NCBI GenBank assembly: GCA_001897535.1
Contig: MKTC01000013.1
Location: 90,519 to 154,518 of the forward strand
Origin: Bacteroidetes bacterium 37-13
Lineage (GTDB): Bacteria; Bacteroidota; Bacteroidia; Chitinophagales; LD1
DNA length: 64,000 bases
Reading direction: 5' to 3'
The position numbers and the translations under genes are program-made. This document shows positions 1-10,276 of the stretch, piece after piece. Position 1 is the first letter of the stretch. Each line of letters opens with the position of its first letter. The notes under the pieces were generated by a model, which saw nothing but the letters and a program-made list of their open reading frames with translations, ran no database searches and had not been told where the DNA came from.

Positions 1-174
1 GTTACTCCAGAAGCAAGTTTCACAAACGATTTAGGTGCCGATTCTTTAGATACAGTAGAACTCATCATGGAGTTTGAAAAGGAATTTAATATCGGTATCC
101 CTGATGAGCAAGCAGAAACAATTACTACCGTTGGTCAGGCAATCGAATACCTGAAAAAAACGATAGCTGCTTAA
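1..174 (+). CDS. acpP: acyl carrier protein, 3' part (5' end lies outside the window)
   Basis: Frame 1 reads [57 protein letters not shown] and contains the phosphopantetheine-attachment DSLD motif. Stop TAA is at 172-174, and fabF follows 22 nt later. Confidence 0.9.
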   Translation, partial: VTPEASFTNDLGADSLDTVELIMEFEKEFNIGIPDEQAETITTVGQAIEYLKKTIAA

Positions 175-196
175 TTTTTAAAACCTTTTTTCAGCA

Positions 197-1447
197 ATGC
201 ACCTTAGGCGGGTAGTCATAACGGGCATAGGTGCCATCACTCCAATAGGCAACACGGCTTCAGAATTTTGGAGCGGTTTACTTAATGGAAAAAGTGGCGC
301 AGCACCAATTACACGTTTCGATACCACAAAGTTTAAAACACGCTTTGCTTGCGAAGTAAAAAACTTCGACCCACTTAATTTTTTTGAAAAGAAAGATGTA
401 AAGCGTTTTGACCGCTATGCGCAATTTGCAATGGTGGCAGCGAGTGAAGCAATTGCAGATGCAGGCATTACAGATGAAAAACTCAACAAAGATCGCATTG
501 GTGTTATTTGGGCTTCAGGAATTGGTGGTTTAGAAATTTTTGAAGAAGAAGTAGTGCAATTTGCATTAGGCGATGGAACACCGCGTTTTAATCCTTTTTT
601 TATTCCGAAAATGATAGCCGATATTGCTGCGGGGCAAATTTCTATGAAGTTTGGATTTAAAGGTCCGAACTACGCTCCCGTTGCGGCTTGTGCTTCATCA
701 AACATAGCTTTGGCAAATGCTTTCGATTTAATTAGGTTAGGAAAAGCAGATGTAATTGTTGCCGGAGGTTCCGAAGCGGCAATTACACGCGGAGGCGTTG
801 GCGGTTTCAATAGTATGAAAGCTATGAGCGAACGCAACGATGCTCCCGAAACTGCTTCGCGCCCTTACGATAAAGACCGCGATGGTTTTGTGATGGGCGA
901 AGGTGGTGCAGGCTTGATTTTAGAAGAATTAGAACACGCTTTGGCGCGTGGTGCAAAAATATATGGCGAAATTGCCGGTAGTGGTTTAAGTGCAGATGCT
1001 TATCACCTTACCGCGCCACACCCTGAGGGCGAAGGCGCAGCAAGAGTGATGCAATACACACTTGCCGATGCAGGATTAAAACCCGAGGATATTGACTATG
1101 TGAATACACACGGAACTTCTACACCTTTGGGCGATAACGCAGAGTTAATTGCCATAAAGAAAGTTTTTGGTGAGCAGGCATACAATCTAAATATCAGTGC
1201 AACAAAATCTATGACTGGGCATTTGCTTGGCGGAGCCGGAGCAGTAGAGGCAATTGCTTCTTTGCTGGCAGTGCAGAACGATATTGTTCCGCCCACCATC
1301 AACCATTTTACAGACGACCCGGAAATTGATTCAAAATTAAACCTCACATTTAACCAAGCACAAAAAAGAACAGTGCGTGCTGCATTGAGCAACACTTTTG
1401 GTTTTGGCGGTCATAATGCAGCGGTAATTATTAAAAAATACGTGTAG
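197..1447 (+). CDS. fabF: beta-ketoacyl-ACP synthase II
   Basis: 416 aa. Active-site Cys in AACASSN, plus the HGTSTPLGD and GHLLGGAG motifs. Has the canonical acpP-fabF adjacency. Confidence 0.95.
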   Translation: MHLRRVVITGIGAITPIGNTASEFWSGLLNGKSGAAPITRFDTTKFKTRFACEVKNFDPLNFFEKKDVKRFDRYAQFAMVAASEAIADAGITDEKLNKDRIGVIWASGIGGLEIFEEEVVQFALGDGTPRFNPFFIPKMIADIAAGQISMKFGFKGPNYAPVAACASSNIALANAFDLIRLGKADVIVAGGSEAAITRGGVGGFNSMKAMSERNDAPETASRPYDKDRDGFVMGEGGAGLILEELEHALARGAKIYGEIAGSGLSADAYHLTAPHPEGEGAARVMQYTLADAGLKPEDIDYVNTHGTSTPLGDNAELIAIKKVFGEQAYNLNISATKSMTGHLLGGAGAVEAIASLLAVQNDIVPPTINHFTDDPEIDSKLNLTFNQAQKRTVRAALSNTFGFGGHNAAVIIKKYV

Positions 1448-1453
1448 CAATTT

Positions 1454-2359
1454 CTATTTTCCCAACATAGAAAAGCGCACTTCATCAATCAATCCTTTTA
1501 TTTTTCTACGGAAATTTTTGCCTTCCAATTCAACTAAAATTTGAGTTGAAAAATTTGGGTTTAGCATCCATTTCACCATGCGCTTATGCCACGGCAATGC
1601 TGAGTAAGGAAACTTATGAAGTTGAAGCAATGGTTTTATTTTCGGTAAAATATTTTGCTCGTAATCGCTTCGCGTGAAACGGTAAACATTTTGCTCTAAA
1701 GGCGGCATCACTTCTAACCCTAAATGAACCGTTAAATGCAACTTGTCGGTAATTAAAGGTTTATCCGCAAAAGCAATTAAGTTGTGAATTAGCGCTACAC
1801 TCACAAAGCCCGTTCCAATACAAATATTGCTTAGTATAAACTTTGGAATTAAACTTCTATGAAGAATAAAGCAGTCGTAACCCGGATGTAATTTCCCCAT
1901 TTCTGCTAATGCTAAAGGCAAATCTTCAATGCTTGTCCATTTGTTTTCAATGCGTCTGCGACTAAAAGTAACAGCATCATAACCTTCTGCAATTAGGGCT
2001 GCAGCAGCTTCGTAAAAATGCGGCACAACGGTAATATCTGTATTGGTATAGATAATATATTCTGCCGAACTATTGTTGTATGCTGCTAAAAGAATATCTG
2101 CAATAAGCGGAAACTTTTTCACCTTTTCAAAACCCGAAACATCGCGGACAGAGCGCTGCAAATTGGGAAGTTTAGTGAAATATTCCGGTACTACTTTTTC
2201 ATCTTCTTCATATTGCACACTCAAAAATTCTACTTGCACTTTATCTTGCACAAATAGTTTTGCGCGCCTCATACTTTCAAAAGTAATTGGCTGTGCATAA
2301 TACAAATCGCTGTTTTTATTTACAGCAACAGGATTTAAAATGTGGGCTACTCTTAACAA
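1454..2359 (-). CDS. hypothetical protein (possibly glycosyltransferase-like)
   Basis: Uninterrupted 301-aa ORF lying tail-to-tail with fabF. I can name no motif with certainty; IIYTNTDI could be a DxD-like site. Confidence 0.55.
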   Translation of the reverse strand: MLRVAHILNPVAVNKNSDLYYAQPITFESMRRAKLFVQDKVQVEFLSVQYEEDEKVVPEYFTKLPNLQRSVRDVSGFEKVKKFPLIADILLAAYNNSSAEYIIYTNTDITVVPHFYEAAAALIAEGYDAVTFSRRRIENKWTSIEDLPLALAEMGKLHPGYDCFILHRSLIPKFILSNICIGTGFVSVALIHNLIAFADKPLITDKLHLTVHLGLEVMPPLEQNVYRFTRSDYEQNILPKIKPLLQLHKFPYSALPWHKRMVKWMLNPNFSTQILVELEGKNFRRKIKGLIDEVRFSMLGK

Positions 2360-2387
2360 TTAAAACAGTTTAAAATAAGCGCCAAAT

Positions 2388-4766
2388 CTACTGTTTTACT
2401 ACTTTCCCTGTAAACAAAGTTTTGTGGTCTATCACCAATTTGTAAAGCATTACTCCCGAAGCCATTCCTGAAGCGGAAAATTTATACTGATAAATTCCTT
2501 TTTCAATATTGATGCGCTCGATAGTTCTTCCAATAATATCGTTTACCACAATTTCCGCACTGGTAAAGTTTGCCGGCAATCCATCAATTGCAAAAACAGT
2601 TTCGTTTGTAAACGGATTTGGAAATGCGCGAACATTCGTATTCCATTTTTTAATTGGCTTAATGGCAGAAGTTCCTGTATCGTAAGCGCAAGAGCCATTA
2701 TTTACATTCGCAAAAGGTGAATAGTTTGTTGCTAATGTGTCGGTGCAGCCGTAAACTTTTTTTACGCAGCCACCGGTATCTAAATTCGCAGTTGGATTAT
2801 AGTTTAAAGAACCTGTATCGGTGCAGCCGTAAATAAATTCATGCGCCAATGCTCTAAAGCCATTTAATTTTCCATTGCCGTAATATGGATTTTCAACTGC
2901 TGTGGTAAAAGTATCGCGCTTGGCAGTTAAGATAATTGCTTCTTTAACTTCGTCCCATCTGGCAGTTGGATGTTTTTCAAAATATAGCGCGGCAAAGCCT
3001 GCAACCAAAGGTGAAGCCATTGAGGTTCCTCCGTTGCGCATGTGTTTCCCGCCCCAACCAATTTTTAATCTATTTCCGGGAGTTGATAAATATTGTGGAA
3101 TAAGATTTAAGTCGCCCGTAGTTATTGTGGTGGAGCCTGTTGCGCTAATGTCAGGCTTCAAACGGTGGTCGCGAGTTGGTCCAATGCTGGAAGAAATATC
3201 ACGCATGCCTACAATACTTTTGCCGTATAAAGCATCACGCGAAATAGAATCTACATCTAAGTAAAAAGCACGATTAGTGTAGTTGGCAACTGTAATTACT
3301 TTATCGCTGCACTGCCAACTCGAAACAATTGTTTTTAAAGTATCAGGATAGCGATAATCTGGTTTGGTAATTAAGTTTGGAAGAACGCTCACCATATCTG
3401 AACCGCCAATAAGTGAAGAGCTTGACCACACATCACAAGATCCGGTTCCAAAGGTTTGTAATTTCCACCAAAGTGAAGTGTCGGTTGGCGTTATCAATAC
3501 TTCAACATGATAAATATCTTGCAGCATTTCAGCATACATTTTAACTGTGCCAAGAAGCTGAATTCCATTATCGGTATAAAGATTTCTGGTAAGCGTAACG
3601 CCACCTTGCGCTGGATTAAAATCACGCAACACATTAAAGCGTTCAGTGGCAACTGTATCAACTAAGTTTCCTGTTTTAGTGCTCACTGCACCAATCACAA
3701 ATTCTGCATTATTAAACTGTACTGAATCTGCCCAAAAATCGAAATATAAACCGGGAACATTTTTATTGTATCTGAAATAAGTTGTAGCAGAATCGTTTGT
3801 AATAGTGTGCTGAACGTGATAAGGAATATTTCCGGCATTGCCGCCTGCTGCAACTACTGCGCGCCCTTTGCGTTGTTCAACCAAGCTATCAATTATTCTT
3901 GCGGTTAAATCTTTTCCATCGCGCGAGCCTTCGTAAGTTCCTACCGAAGTGTTTACCACGCAAGGCTTTCCGAGTGCATCGGCTTTCTTAAAAATATAAT
4001 CAACGGCATCTGCAACACGCGCCAAAAAATTATTGCTCGAAGTGGGAATTCTAACCGCAATAATATCGCTTTCATAAGCTATACCGCGATAACGCAAAGT
4101 ATCGCTCACAAAACCTCTTCCATTACCCGAAGCAATGCCTGCCACACAAGTGCCGTGTGCAAAATCCGATGCTGCCGGAGTGTGTGTACATTTGTTGGTA
4201 TTAATGTCTATCCAATTCCATTCTTGTCCGTAGTTGTATGGTGCTGGAGTGTTGGTTGGTGCAGCAATTATTTGATCCCAAATAAATCTAATTCGGGTTG
4301 AACCATCAGGGTTTTTAAAATCAGGATGTTGCCAATAAATTCCTCCATCAATAATTCCCACCACTACACCTTTGCCTGAATAAGACTGCGTAAGCGGGCT
4401 GTAACCTGCGTGAATGCTATCAATGTTGTTGTTTATTCTTGCAGTATCAATCAACTTGTGCCCAATTGCTGCGAAACTTTCAATGCGCAGTACGGCTTCT
4501 TCTTTAGAAAATTCAATAATTTTTGAAGTAGGAATTTCAACCGAATTGATATTGCCTACGCTGTATTTCAACCAGCCATCGTATTGTTTGCAAGCCGCTT
4601 CTACCTTTTCAGGAATACCTTCAACCAAAAGCCCTAAAGTTTTCGCTTTTATTTTTCCTGATTGCAGCAAAACACGCGAACGCAAATCAATTTTTGATTG
4701 CTCTTGTGCCGAAGCAACGAAAAAAAGTAAGCAAATAAGAAGTGTAAAAGTATTTCTCATAAACAT
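2388..4766 (-). CDS. secreted subtilisin-family (S8) serine peptidase with T9SS C-terminal sorting domain
   Basis: Signal peptide MFMRNTFTLLICLLFFVASAQ. Catalytic motifs VVGIIDGG (Asp), HGTCVAGIA (His) and GGTSMASPLVAG (Ser). Two Cys-rich YGCTDT..NY.P.AN modules. The C-terminal ~85 aa (FPNPFTNE...LYKLVIDHKTLFTGKVVKQ) look like a type A T9SS CTD. Confidence 0.9.
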   Translation of the reverse strand: MFMRNTFTLLICLLFFVASAQEQSKIDLRSRVLLQSGKIKAKTLGLLVEGIPEKVEAACKQYDGWLKYSVGNINSVEIPTSKIIEFSKEEAVLRIESFAAIGHKLIDTARINNNIDSIHAGYSPLTQSYSGKGVVVGIIDGGIYWQHPDFKNPDGSTRIRFIWDQIIAAPTNTPAPYNYGQEWNWIDINTNKCTHTPAASDFAHGTCVAGIASGNGRGFVSDTLRYRGIAYESDIIAVRIPTSSNNFLARVADAVDYIFKKADALGKPCVVNTSVGTYEGSRDGKDLTARIIDSLVEQRKGRAVVAAGGNAGNIPYHVQHTITNDSATTYFRYNKNVPGLYFDFWADSVQFNNAEFVIGAVSTKTGNLVDTVATERFNVLRDFNPAQGGVTLTRNLYTDNGIQLLGTVKMYAEMLQDIYHVEVLITPTDTSLWWKLQTFGTGSCDVWSSSSLIGGSDMVSVLPNLITKPDYRYPDTLKTIVSSWQCSDKVITVANYTNRAFYLDVDSISRDALYGKSIVGMRDISSSIGPTRDHRLKPDISATGSTTITTGDLNLIPQYLSTPGNRLKIGWGGKHMRNGGTSMASPLVAGFAALYFEKHPTARWDEVKEAIILTAKRDTFTTAVENPYYGNGKLNGFRALAHEFIYGCTDTGSLNYNPTANLDTGGCVKKVYGCTDTLATNYSPFANVNNGSCAYDTGTSAIKPIKKWNTNVRAFPNPFTNETVFAIDGLPANFTSAEIVVNDIIGRTIERINIEKGIYQYKFSASGMASGVMLYKLVIDHKTLFTGKVVKQ

Positions 4767-4865
4767 TTTGTTTATCTATGCGTTAAATGAAAGTATTCTG
4801 AATAAAACAGTTGCAAACAAAGTTAGTTCATATATTTTCGCCTTCATTACAAAGATTTTAGAATT

Positions 4866-6203
4866 ATGATATTCTCTATTATACAAGCTGTGTTATTTAT
4901 TGCCGTTAGTGTTTTTGTTTTCGTTAATGCTTTTAAAGCCTATAAGCGAATTTACAGAAACATAATGTTAGGACAAAAACAAGAAATAAACGATAACCCC
5001 AAACAGCGTATAAAAAATGTACTATTGATTGCTTTTGGGCAAAAAAAGATGTTCCGAAATTTAACTCCGGCACTGCTGCATTTGGTTATTTATGTTTCGT
5101 TTGTAATTACGCAAGTTGAATTAATTGAAGTGCTGCTCGATGGTTTTACAGGACAGCACAGACTTATTTACCATGCTGTTGAAGGCACATTCTTAGGAAG
5201 TTTTTATGTATTTGTAATTAGCTTTATTGAAGTACTTTCTCTACTTACTTTTGGCGTAACGATTGCCTTTTTGTGGAGAAGAAATATTTTAAAAGTACCG
5301 CGTTTCCACAAACCTGAAATGAAAGGCTGGCCTACTATTGACGGTAACAATATTCTTTACATAGAGCTTACGCTTATCACCTTTATTTTTATGATGAATA
5401 TTGGCGATGGCGCAAAATATTTTAAAGAAACAGGGCATGGTTATGGCTTTGCACTAAGTGAATTGCTGGTGCCTGCTTTCTCTTCACTTCCGGAAACAGT
5501 TTTAACCATAATGGAACGCATCGGTTGGTGGGGACACATTCTAATGGTTTATTTCTTTTTGTTGTATTTGCCGCGCTCTAAGCATTTGCATATTTTGTTG
5601 GCATTCCCAAATACATATTTCTCCAGCCTTGAACCAAAAGGCTACATCAGCAATATGCCTGCAATAACTAAGGAAATTAAGTTGATGATGAACCCCGAAG
5701 CTGCAGCTGAACCTGCCGATGCAAATGCTGCACCTGTAAAATTTGGCGCAAAAGATGTGTTCGATTTAAGTTGGAAAAACTTATTAGATGCCATGAGCTG
5801 CACTGAGTGCGGACGTTGCACTGCTGCTTGCCCTGCCAACCAAACCGGAAAGCTACTCAGCCCGCGCAAAATTATGATGAACACGCGCGACCGATTAGAA
5901 GAAGTTTCTAAAATTATTGATGCTAACAATGGCGAGTGGAAAGATGATGGCAAATCATTGATTGGCGATGAATATGTTACGGTTGAAGAACTCCGCGCCT
6001 GCACAACTTGCAATGCTTGTGTAGAAGAATGTCCGGTTACTATTTCGCCATTAGATATTATCGTGCAACTACGCAGAAACTTGGTGATGGAAGAAAGTAA
6101 TGCTCCGGCAGAATGGACTACCATGTTTGCCAATATGGAAAACAATGGCGCACCTTGGCAGTTCTCGCAACAAGACCGCTTAAAATGGGCTGAAGAAGGA
6201 TAA
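4866..6203 (+). CDS. membrane-anchored (Fe-S)-binding oxidoreductase subunit
   Basis: 445 aa. The N-terminal ~260 aa carry several hydrophobic helices. Two ferredoxin-type 4Fe-4S motifs are present: CTECGRCTAACP and CTTCNACVEECP. Confidence 0.8.
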   Translation: MIFSIIQAVLFIAVSVFVFVNAFKAYKRIYRNIMLGQKQEINDNPKQRIKNVLLIAFGQKKMFRNLTPALLHLVIYVSFVITQVELIEVLLDGFTGQHRLIYHAVEGTFLGSFYVFVISFIEVLSLLTFGVTIAFLWRRNILKVPRFHKPEMKGWPTIDGNNILYIELTLITFIFMMNIGDGAKYFKETGHGYGFALSELLVPAFSSLPETVLTIMERIGWWGHILMVYFFLLYLPRSKHLHILLAFPNTYFSSLEPKGYISNMPAITKEIKLMMNPEAAAEPADANAAPVKFGAKDVFDLSWKNLLDAMSCTECGRCTAACPANQTGKLLSPRKIMMNTRDRLEEVSKIIDANNGEWKDDGKSLIGDEYVTVEELRACTTCNACVEECPVTISPLDIIVQLRRNLVMEESNAPAEWTTMFANMENNGAPWQFSQQDRLKWAEEG

Positions 6204-6256
6204 AAAAAACAATTAACCATACTCAAGACACTTTGCTGCATTATATTTGTGTTGCT

Positions 6257-6508
6257 ATGGAAATGACAACACAGGAATACATTCTCGATGCCTGCGAAAA
6301 GTATTCAATAATACTAAATGAAAATCAGCTTTCTAAATTAGAAGCAATTGTGGAGGAACGCAAAATAGCGAATGACTATAATGATATGCTAATAACTCAT
6401 GGAGAAGGCATAAATATGATTATAGATGCTATAATCAAACTGCGTACGGAAGAAGGCTACAAAACGAGTGAGCCACCGCAACCACGTTCCATTCATTTAG
6501 ATGAATAA
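6257..6508 (+). CDS. small hypothetical protein
   Basis: 83-aa ORF from ATG 6257 (the track ORF starts at TTG 6233). Same strand as the Fe-S gene and 53 nt after it. No recognisable motif. Confidence 0.4.
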   Translation: MEMTTQEYILDACEKYSIILNENQLSKLEAIVEERKIANDYNDMLITHGEGINMIIDAIIKLRTEEGYKTSEPPQPRSIHLDE

Positions 6509-6594
6509 AACCTGCTAAAGTGCAGAAACAGTAAAATCATTATACATTATTTGTTCAACTTCATTTTATTCGCAAGCTGTTTCAAGAAAAAATT

Positions 6595-7836
6595 ATGATT
6601 CAACTACACAATAACCATTACCAAATTGGAGGAATTGATATAGATACACTCTGCAAAACTTATGACACGCCAATTTATGTTTACGATACTGCGATTATTA
6701 AACGCCAATACGAAACTTTAACAAAAGCTTTTGCTTCGTGCAATACCAGAATAAAATTTGCCTGCAAAGCACTCAACAATATCAATATTCTTCGCTATTT
6801 TAAACAATTAGGCGCAGGATTAGACACCGTGAGTATTCAAGAGGTTTGGGTTGGTTTAAAAGCAGGTTTCGAGCCACACGAAATTATTTACACACCCAAC
6901 TGCGTTTCCATGGAAGAAATAGAGTTGGCTGTGCAAGCAGGTGTGCAAATAAACATCGACAACCTATCTGTGTTGGAACAATTCGGAACTAAGTATGGAA
7001 GCACTATTCCGGTTTGTATCCGTATAAACCCGCATGTGATGGCTGGCGGAAATATCAATATTTCTACGGGGCATATTGATTCTAAATTTGGCATTTCTAT
7101 TTACCAAATGCGGCACGCAGAACGGATTGTGAACAGCCTTAAAATGCACGTGAACGGCTTGCACATGCACACCGGAAGCGATATTGTGGACGTGGATATT
7201 TTCCTGCGTGCAGCCGATATTTTGTTTGAACAAACGCAGTATTTTAAAGACTTAGAATTTATTGATTTTGGAAGCGGCTTTAAAGTGCCTTATAAGCCCG
7301 ATGATTACTATACCGATATGCAAGAATTGGGTGAAAAACTATCAAAGCGCTTTTTAGAATTTTGTAAAGAATATGGTAGAGATTTGCAATTAAGTTTTGA
7401 GCCGGGTAAGTTTTTAGTAAGCCAATGCGGTACTTTTTTAGTAAAAGTGAATGTGTTGAAACAAACTACTGCCGCCATGTTTGTAGGCGTAGATTCTGGT
7501 TTGAACCATCTAATTCGCCCGATGTTTTACAATGCCTATCACCACATTACAAACGTGAGCAATCCGGGAGGCAAAGAACGAATTTATACTGTGGTAGGCT
7601 ACATTTGCGAAACTGATACTTTCGGCTGGGATAGAAAATTGAGTGAAGTTCACGAAGGTGATATTTTAGCTTTTAGTAATGCGGGAGCATATGGAAACAC
7701 AATGGCTTCAAATTACAATTCACGCTTTCGCCCCGCTGAAGTAATGGTACACGAAGGCAAACACTATTTAATTAGAAAGCGAGAAAATATTGATGACCTT
7801 TTGCGTAATCAAGTTGAATTGGAGGAGTTTAAATAA
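6595..7836 (+). CDS. lysA: diaminopimelate decarboxylase
   Basis: 413 aa. PLP-lysine context FACKALNN, plus GSGFKVPY, EPGKFLV, GYICETDTF and NAGAYG motifs typical of group IV decarboxylases (LysA). Confidence 0.92.
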   Translation: MIQLHNNHYQIGGIDIDTLCKTYDTPIYVYDTAIIKRQYETLTKAFASCNTRIKFACKALNNINILRYFKQLGAGLDTVSIQEVWVGLKAGFEPHEIIYTPNCVSMEEIELAVQAGVQINIDNLSVLEQFGTKYGSTIPVCIRINPHVMAGGNINISTGHIDSKFGISIYQMRHAERIVNSLKMHVNGLHMHTGSDIVDVDIFLRAADILFEQTQYFKDLEFIDFGSGFKVPYKPDDYYTDMQELGEKLSKRFLEFCKEYGRDLQLSFEPGKFLVSQCGTFLVKVNVLKQTTAAMFVGVDSGLNHLIRPMFYNAYHHITNVSNPGGKERIYTVVGYICETDTFGWDRKLSEVHEGDILAFSNAGAYGNTMASNYNSRFRPAEVMVHEGKHYLIRKRENIDDLLRNQVELEEFK

Positions 7837-7841
7837 GGACT

Positions 7842-7883
7842 AAAACAGAAACAGATTGCTTTTCGGCAATCTGTTTCTGTTTT
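7842..7883. terminator. bidirectional rho-independent terminator between lysA and sucB
   Basis: Perfect 18-bp stem aaaacagaaacagattgc / gcaatctgtttctgtttt with a 6-nt loop. A-run and T-run on either side. It lies between two convergent genes. Confidence 0.7.
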
Positions 7884-7902
7884 ACAGCAATAGTATTATG
7901 AA

Positions 7903-9144
7903 TTATAGCTCCAAAAGTAATTCTACAGGGTCTGCACCGAGTAGCATTTTTTGAGGATTTTCGAGGTAATCTTTCACCGCGACTAAGAAGCTTACTGATT
8001 CTTTTCCATCAATAATTCTATGGTCGTAGCTTAATGCCAAATACATCATTGGGCGAACTACAATTTGCCCATCAACCACAACCGGACGGTCTTCAACTTT
8101 GTGCATTCCTAAAATTGCAGATTGTGGAGGATTGATAATTGGTGTACTCATTAAAGAACCGAAAACGCCACCGTTAGAAATGGTAAAAGTGCCACCGGTC
8201 ATATCTTCCATAGTGAGTAAACCATCGCGACCCTTAATGGCAAGTTCTCTCACTTGTTGTTCAATTCCTGCAAGCGAAAGCGATTCGGCATTTCTAATAA
8301 CAGGCACTACCAAACCTTTTGGTGTAGAAACTGCAATTGAAATATCTACATAATCGTGGTAAATAATATTGCCTTCATCAATATAAGCATTCACTGCCGG
8401 ATATTTTTCTAAAGCCAAACAAACTGCTTTGGTAAAGAAACTCATCATGCCTAAGCGCAAGTCATTTTTCTTTTTAAACGCATCGCCATATTTATCTCTA
8501 ATTTTATTGATGGCACTCATATCTGCTTCGTTGAAAGTGGTGAGCATGGCAGTACTGTTTTTGGCATAAACCAATCTTTCGCTAATGGTTCTGCGCAAAC
8601 GGCTCATTTTTTCAACGCGTTCATTGCGGCTAAATGCTTCGCGTGTTGGCAAATTAGCTTTGTCGCGAACAGCTTTTATGGCATCGTCTTTGGTAATTCT
8701 ACCACCTACACCGGTTCCTGAAACGGCTGTTGTTTTTACATTGCCTTCGTCTAAAATTTTCTTTGCGGCAGGCGATGGATGTCCTGCGGCATTGCTTGTT
8801 GCAGCAATTTTAGTTTCTGCTTTAGTTTCAGCAACTTTTGCTTTTGGCGCTTCTTTTGGGGTCTCTACTTTTTTCTCAGCAGCAGGAGCAGCTACTGATG
8901 CGGGTTTTGCGGCAGCCTCATCTATTTTCGCCAATAAGCCGCCAACTTTAATATCATCACCTTCGTTTGCAACCAGCGTAACAACTCCGGCAACCGGAGA
9001 AGGCAATTCTTGCGATGCTTTATCTGTTTCTAATTCGCAAATTGGTTGATCTAATTCTACGTAATCACCAGATTTTACTAACCACTTGCTTAGAGTAACC
9101 TCTGTAATGCTTTCCGCCAATGCGGGTACTTTAACTTCTGTCAT
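7903..9144 (-). CDS. sucB: dihydrolipoyllysine-residue succinyltransferase (2-oxoacid dehydrogenase E2)
   Basis: Single lipoyl domain ([14 protein letters not shown]), Ala/Pro/Lys-rich linker, E3-binding segment, and catalytic [11 protein letters not shown] motif. The size of 413 aa fits an OGDH E2. Confidence 0.88.
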   Translation of the reverse strand: MTEVKVPALAESITEVTLSKWLVKSGDYVELDQPICELETDKASQELPSPVAGVVTLVANEGDDIKVGGLLAKIDEAAAKPASVAAPAAEKKVETPKEAPKAKVAETKAETKIAATSNAAGHPSPAAKKILDEGNVKTTAVSGTGVGGRITKDDAIKAVRDKANLPTREAFSRNERVEKMSRLRRTISERLVYAKNSTAMLTTFNEADMSAINKIRDKYGDAFKKKNDLRLGMMSFFTKAVCLALEKYPAVNAYIDEGNIIYHDYVDISIAVSTPKGLVVPVIRNAESLSLAGIEQQVRELAIKGRDGLLTMEDMTGGTFTISNGGVFGSLMSTPIINPPQSAILGMHKVEDRPVVVDGQIVVRPMMYLALSYDHRIIDGKESVSFLVAVKDYLENPQKMLLGADPVELLLEL

Positions 9145-9335
9145 TTCTTATTTAAAAATTGGTTCAAAAGTAATCTTTACGCAATAGTAAAGTAAGATTT
9201 TTAAGTATTTATGGCAATAAGCAAAAAAAAGTACTATCGTGTAATTATTCTCGTCAAAATACTGTTGTAAAATTTTCTCAACCGAATTTTACTTTTACAA
9301 TTCTAAGTAACACTTTCACAAGTAAATTTTATTTC

Positions 9336-10223
9336 TTGGATAGCAGAACAAAACAAGCACATGTTTACATGCACCTCTCCATTTTATTGTGGGGAATTAC
9401 AGGGGTGCTTGGTAGCAGTATTTCGCTGCGCGAAGGTGTGTTGGTTTGGTGGCGTTTGCTGCTGGTGAGTATTTCATTGGGACTACAAATTCTACTTTTA
9501 AAACGCAGTTTTAAAGTAACCAAAACCCAATTCTATAAAATGACAGCAGTTGGAGTGTTGCTTATGGTGCATTGGTTGTTTTTTTATGGAGCTATTAAAT
9601 ATTCTAATGTTTCAATTACGCTAAGTTGCTTTTCTACTACATCGCTTTTTACTGCTTTAATTGAACCTGTTTTTGGCTATAAGAAACTTCGTGTTTCAGA
9701 AATACTTTTCAGCTTGTTGGGTATTGTTGGTATTGTATTTATTTTTTACGATGGCAGCGATTATATACTTGGAATTGCTTTGGCACTTATGGCAGCTTTT
9801 GTAGGCTCATTTTTTAATATTTTCAATAAAGAAATTGTGCTTGAACTGCCTCCTGATATTGTTAGTTTTTACGAAATGCTAACCGGTTTTGTTGGGCTTA
9901 CAATTTTACTGCCGATTTACTTACATTTCTTTCCTGATAGTGTTTTGTTACCATCTACAAACGATTGGGCATTGCTTGCAATCTTGGCTTTTGTTTGCAC
10001 ACATGTGGCACTAACTTTATCGTTGGCAGCACTTAAATATTTAAGCGCTTTTACACTTAACTTGGCTGTGAATTTAGAACCGATTTACGGTATTGCTTTA
10101 GCGTTTATTTTATTGGGAGAAAATGAATTGCTTGGTATTAATTTCTATATTGGAAGTTGCATAGTTTTACTTAGTGTTGTTGCGCATGCTTGGTATGTTT
10201 CCAAGTATGAAGCTTTGGCTTAA
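9336..10223 (+). CDS. EamA/DMT-family transporter
   Basis: About 10 hydrophobic helices arranged as two similar halves. The start is uncertain: TTG 9336 or in-frame ATG 9369. Confidence 0.75.
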   Translation: MDSRTKQAHVYMHLSILLWGITGVLGSSISLREGVLVWWRLLLVSISLGLQILLLKRSFKVTKTQFYKMTAVGVLLMVHWLFFYGAIKYSNVSITLSCFSTTSLFTALIEPVFGYKKLRVSEILFSLLGIVGIVFIFYDGSDYILGIALALMAAFVGSFFNIFNKEIVLELPPDIVSFYEMLTGFVGLTILLPIYLHFFPDSVLLPSTNDWALLAILAFVCTHVALTLSLAALKYLSAFTLNLAVNLEPIYGIALAFILLGENELLGINFYIGSCIVLLSVVAHAWYVSKYEALA

Positions 10224-10276
10224 CTCCAAACTTCTTACTTTCAATTTTAGAAATAGTACTTTATTAGGCTTTAGTT

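Noticed and set aside
1-1447. acpP-fabF is not followed by rnc, which sits 33 kb away at 34088-34840. In many Bacteroidota the three genes are adjacent.
   Set aside because: This is just a synteny difference recalled from memory, with no sequence feature at either site to suggest a recent event.
5642-6241. Long antisense or alternative-frame ORFs in the six-frame track: 1096..1395, 2902..3264, 4414..4869, 5642..6241, 8585..9049, 17011..17286, 35870..36217, 43181..43474, 54484..54861, 57869..58297, 61004..61324 and 61532..61840.
   Set aside because: Each lies entirely inside, or mostly overlaps, a gene with strong motif support on the other strand or frame. Their translations are low-complexity or Ser/Leu/Phe-rich shadow sequence with no motifs.
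6509-6594. Possible lysine riboswitch upstream of lysA. Leaders upstream of queA, prs and asnS were also checked for preQ1 or other riboswitches.
   Set aside because: The gaps are short (86-120 bp), AT-rich and show no conserved helices or the characteristic core sequences.
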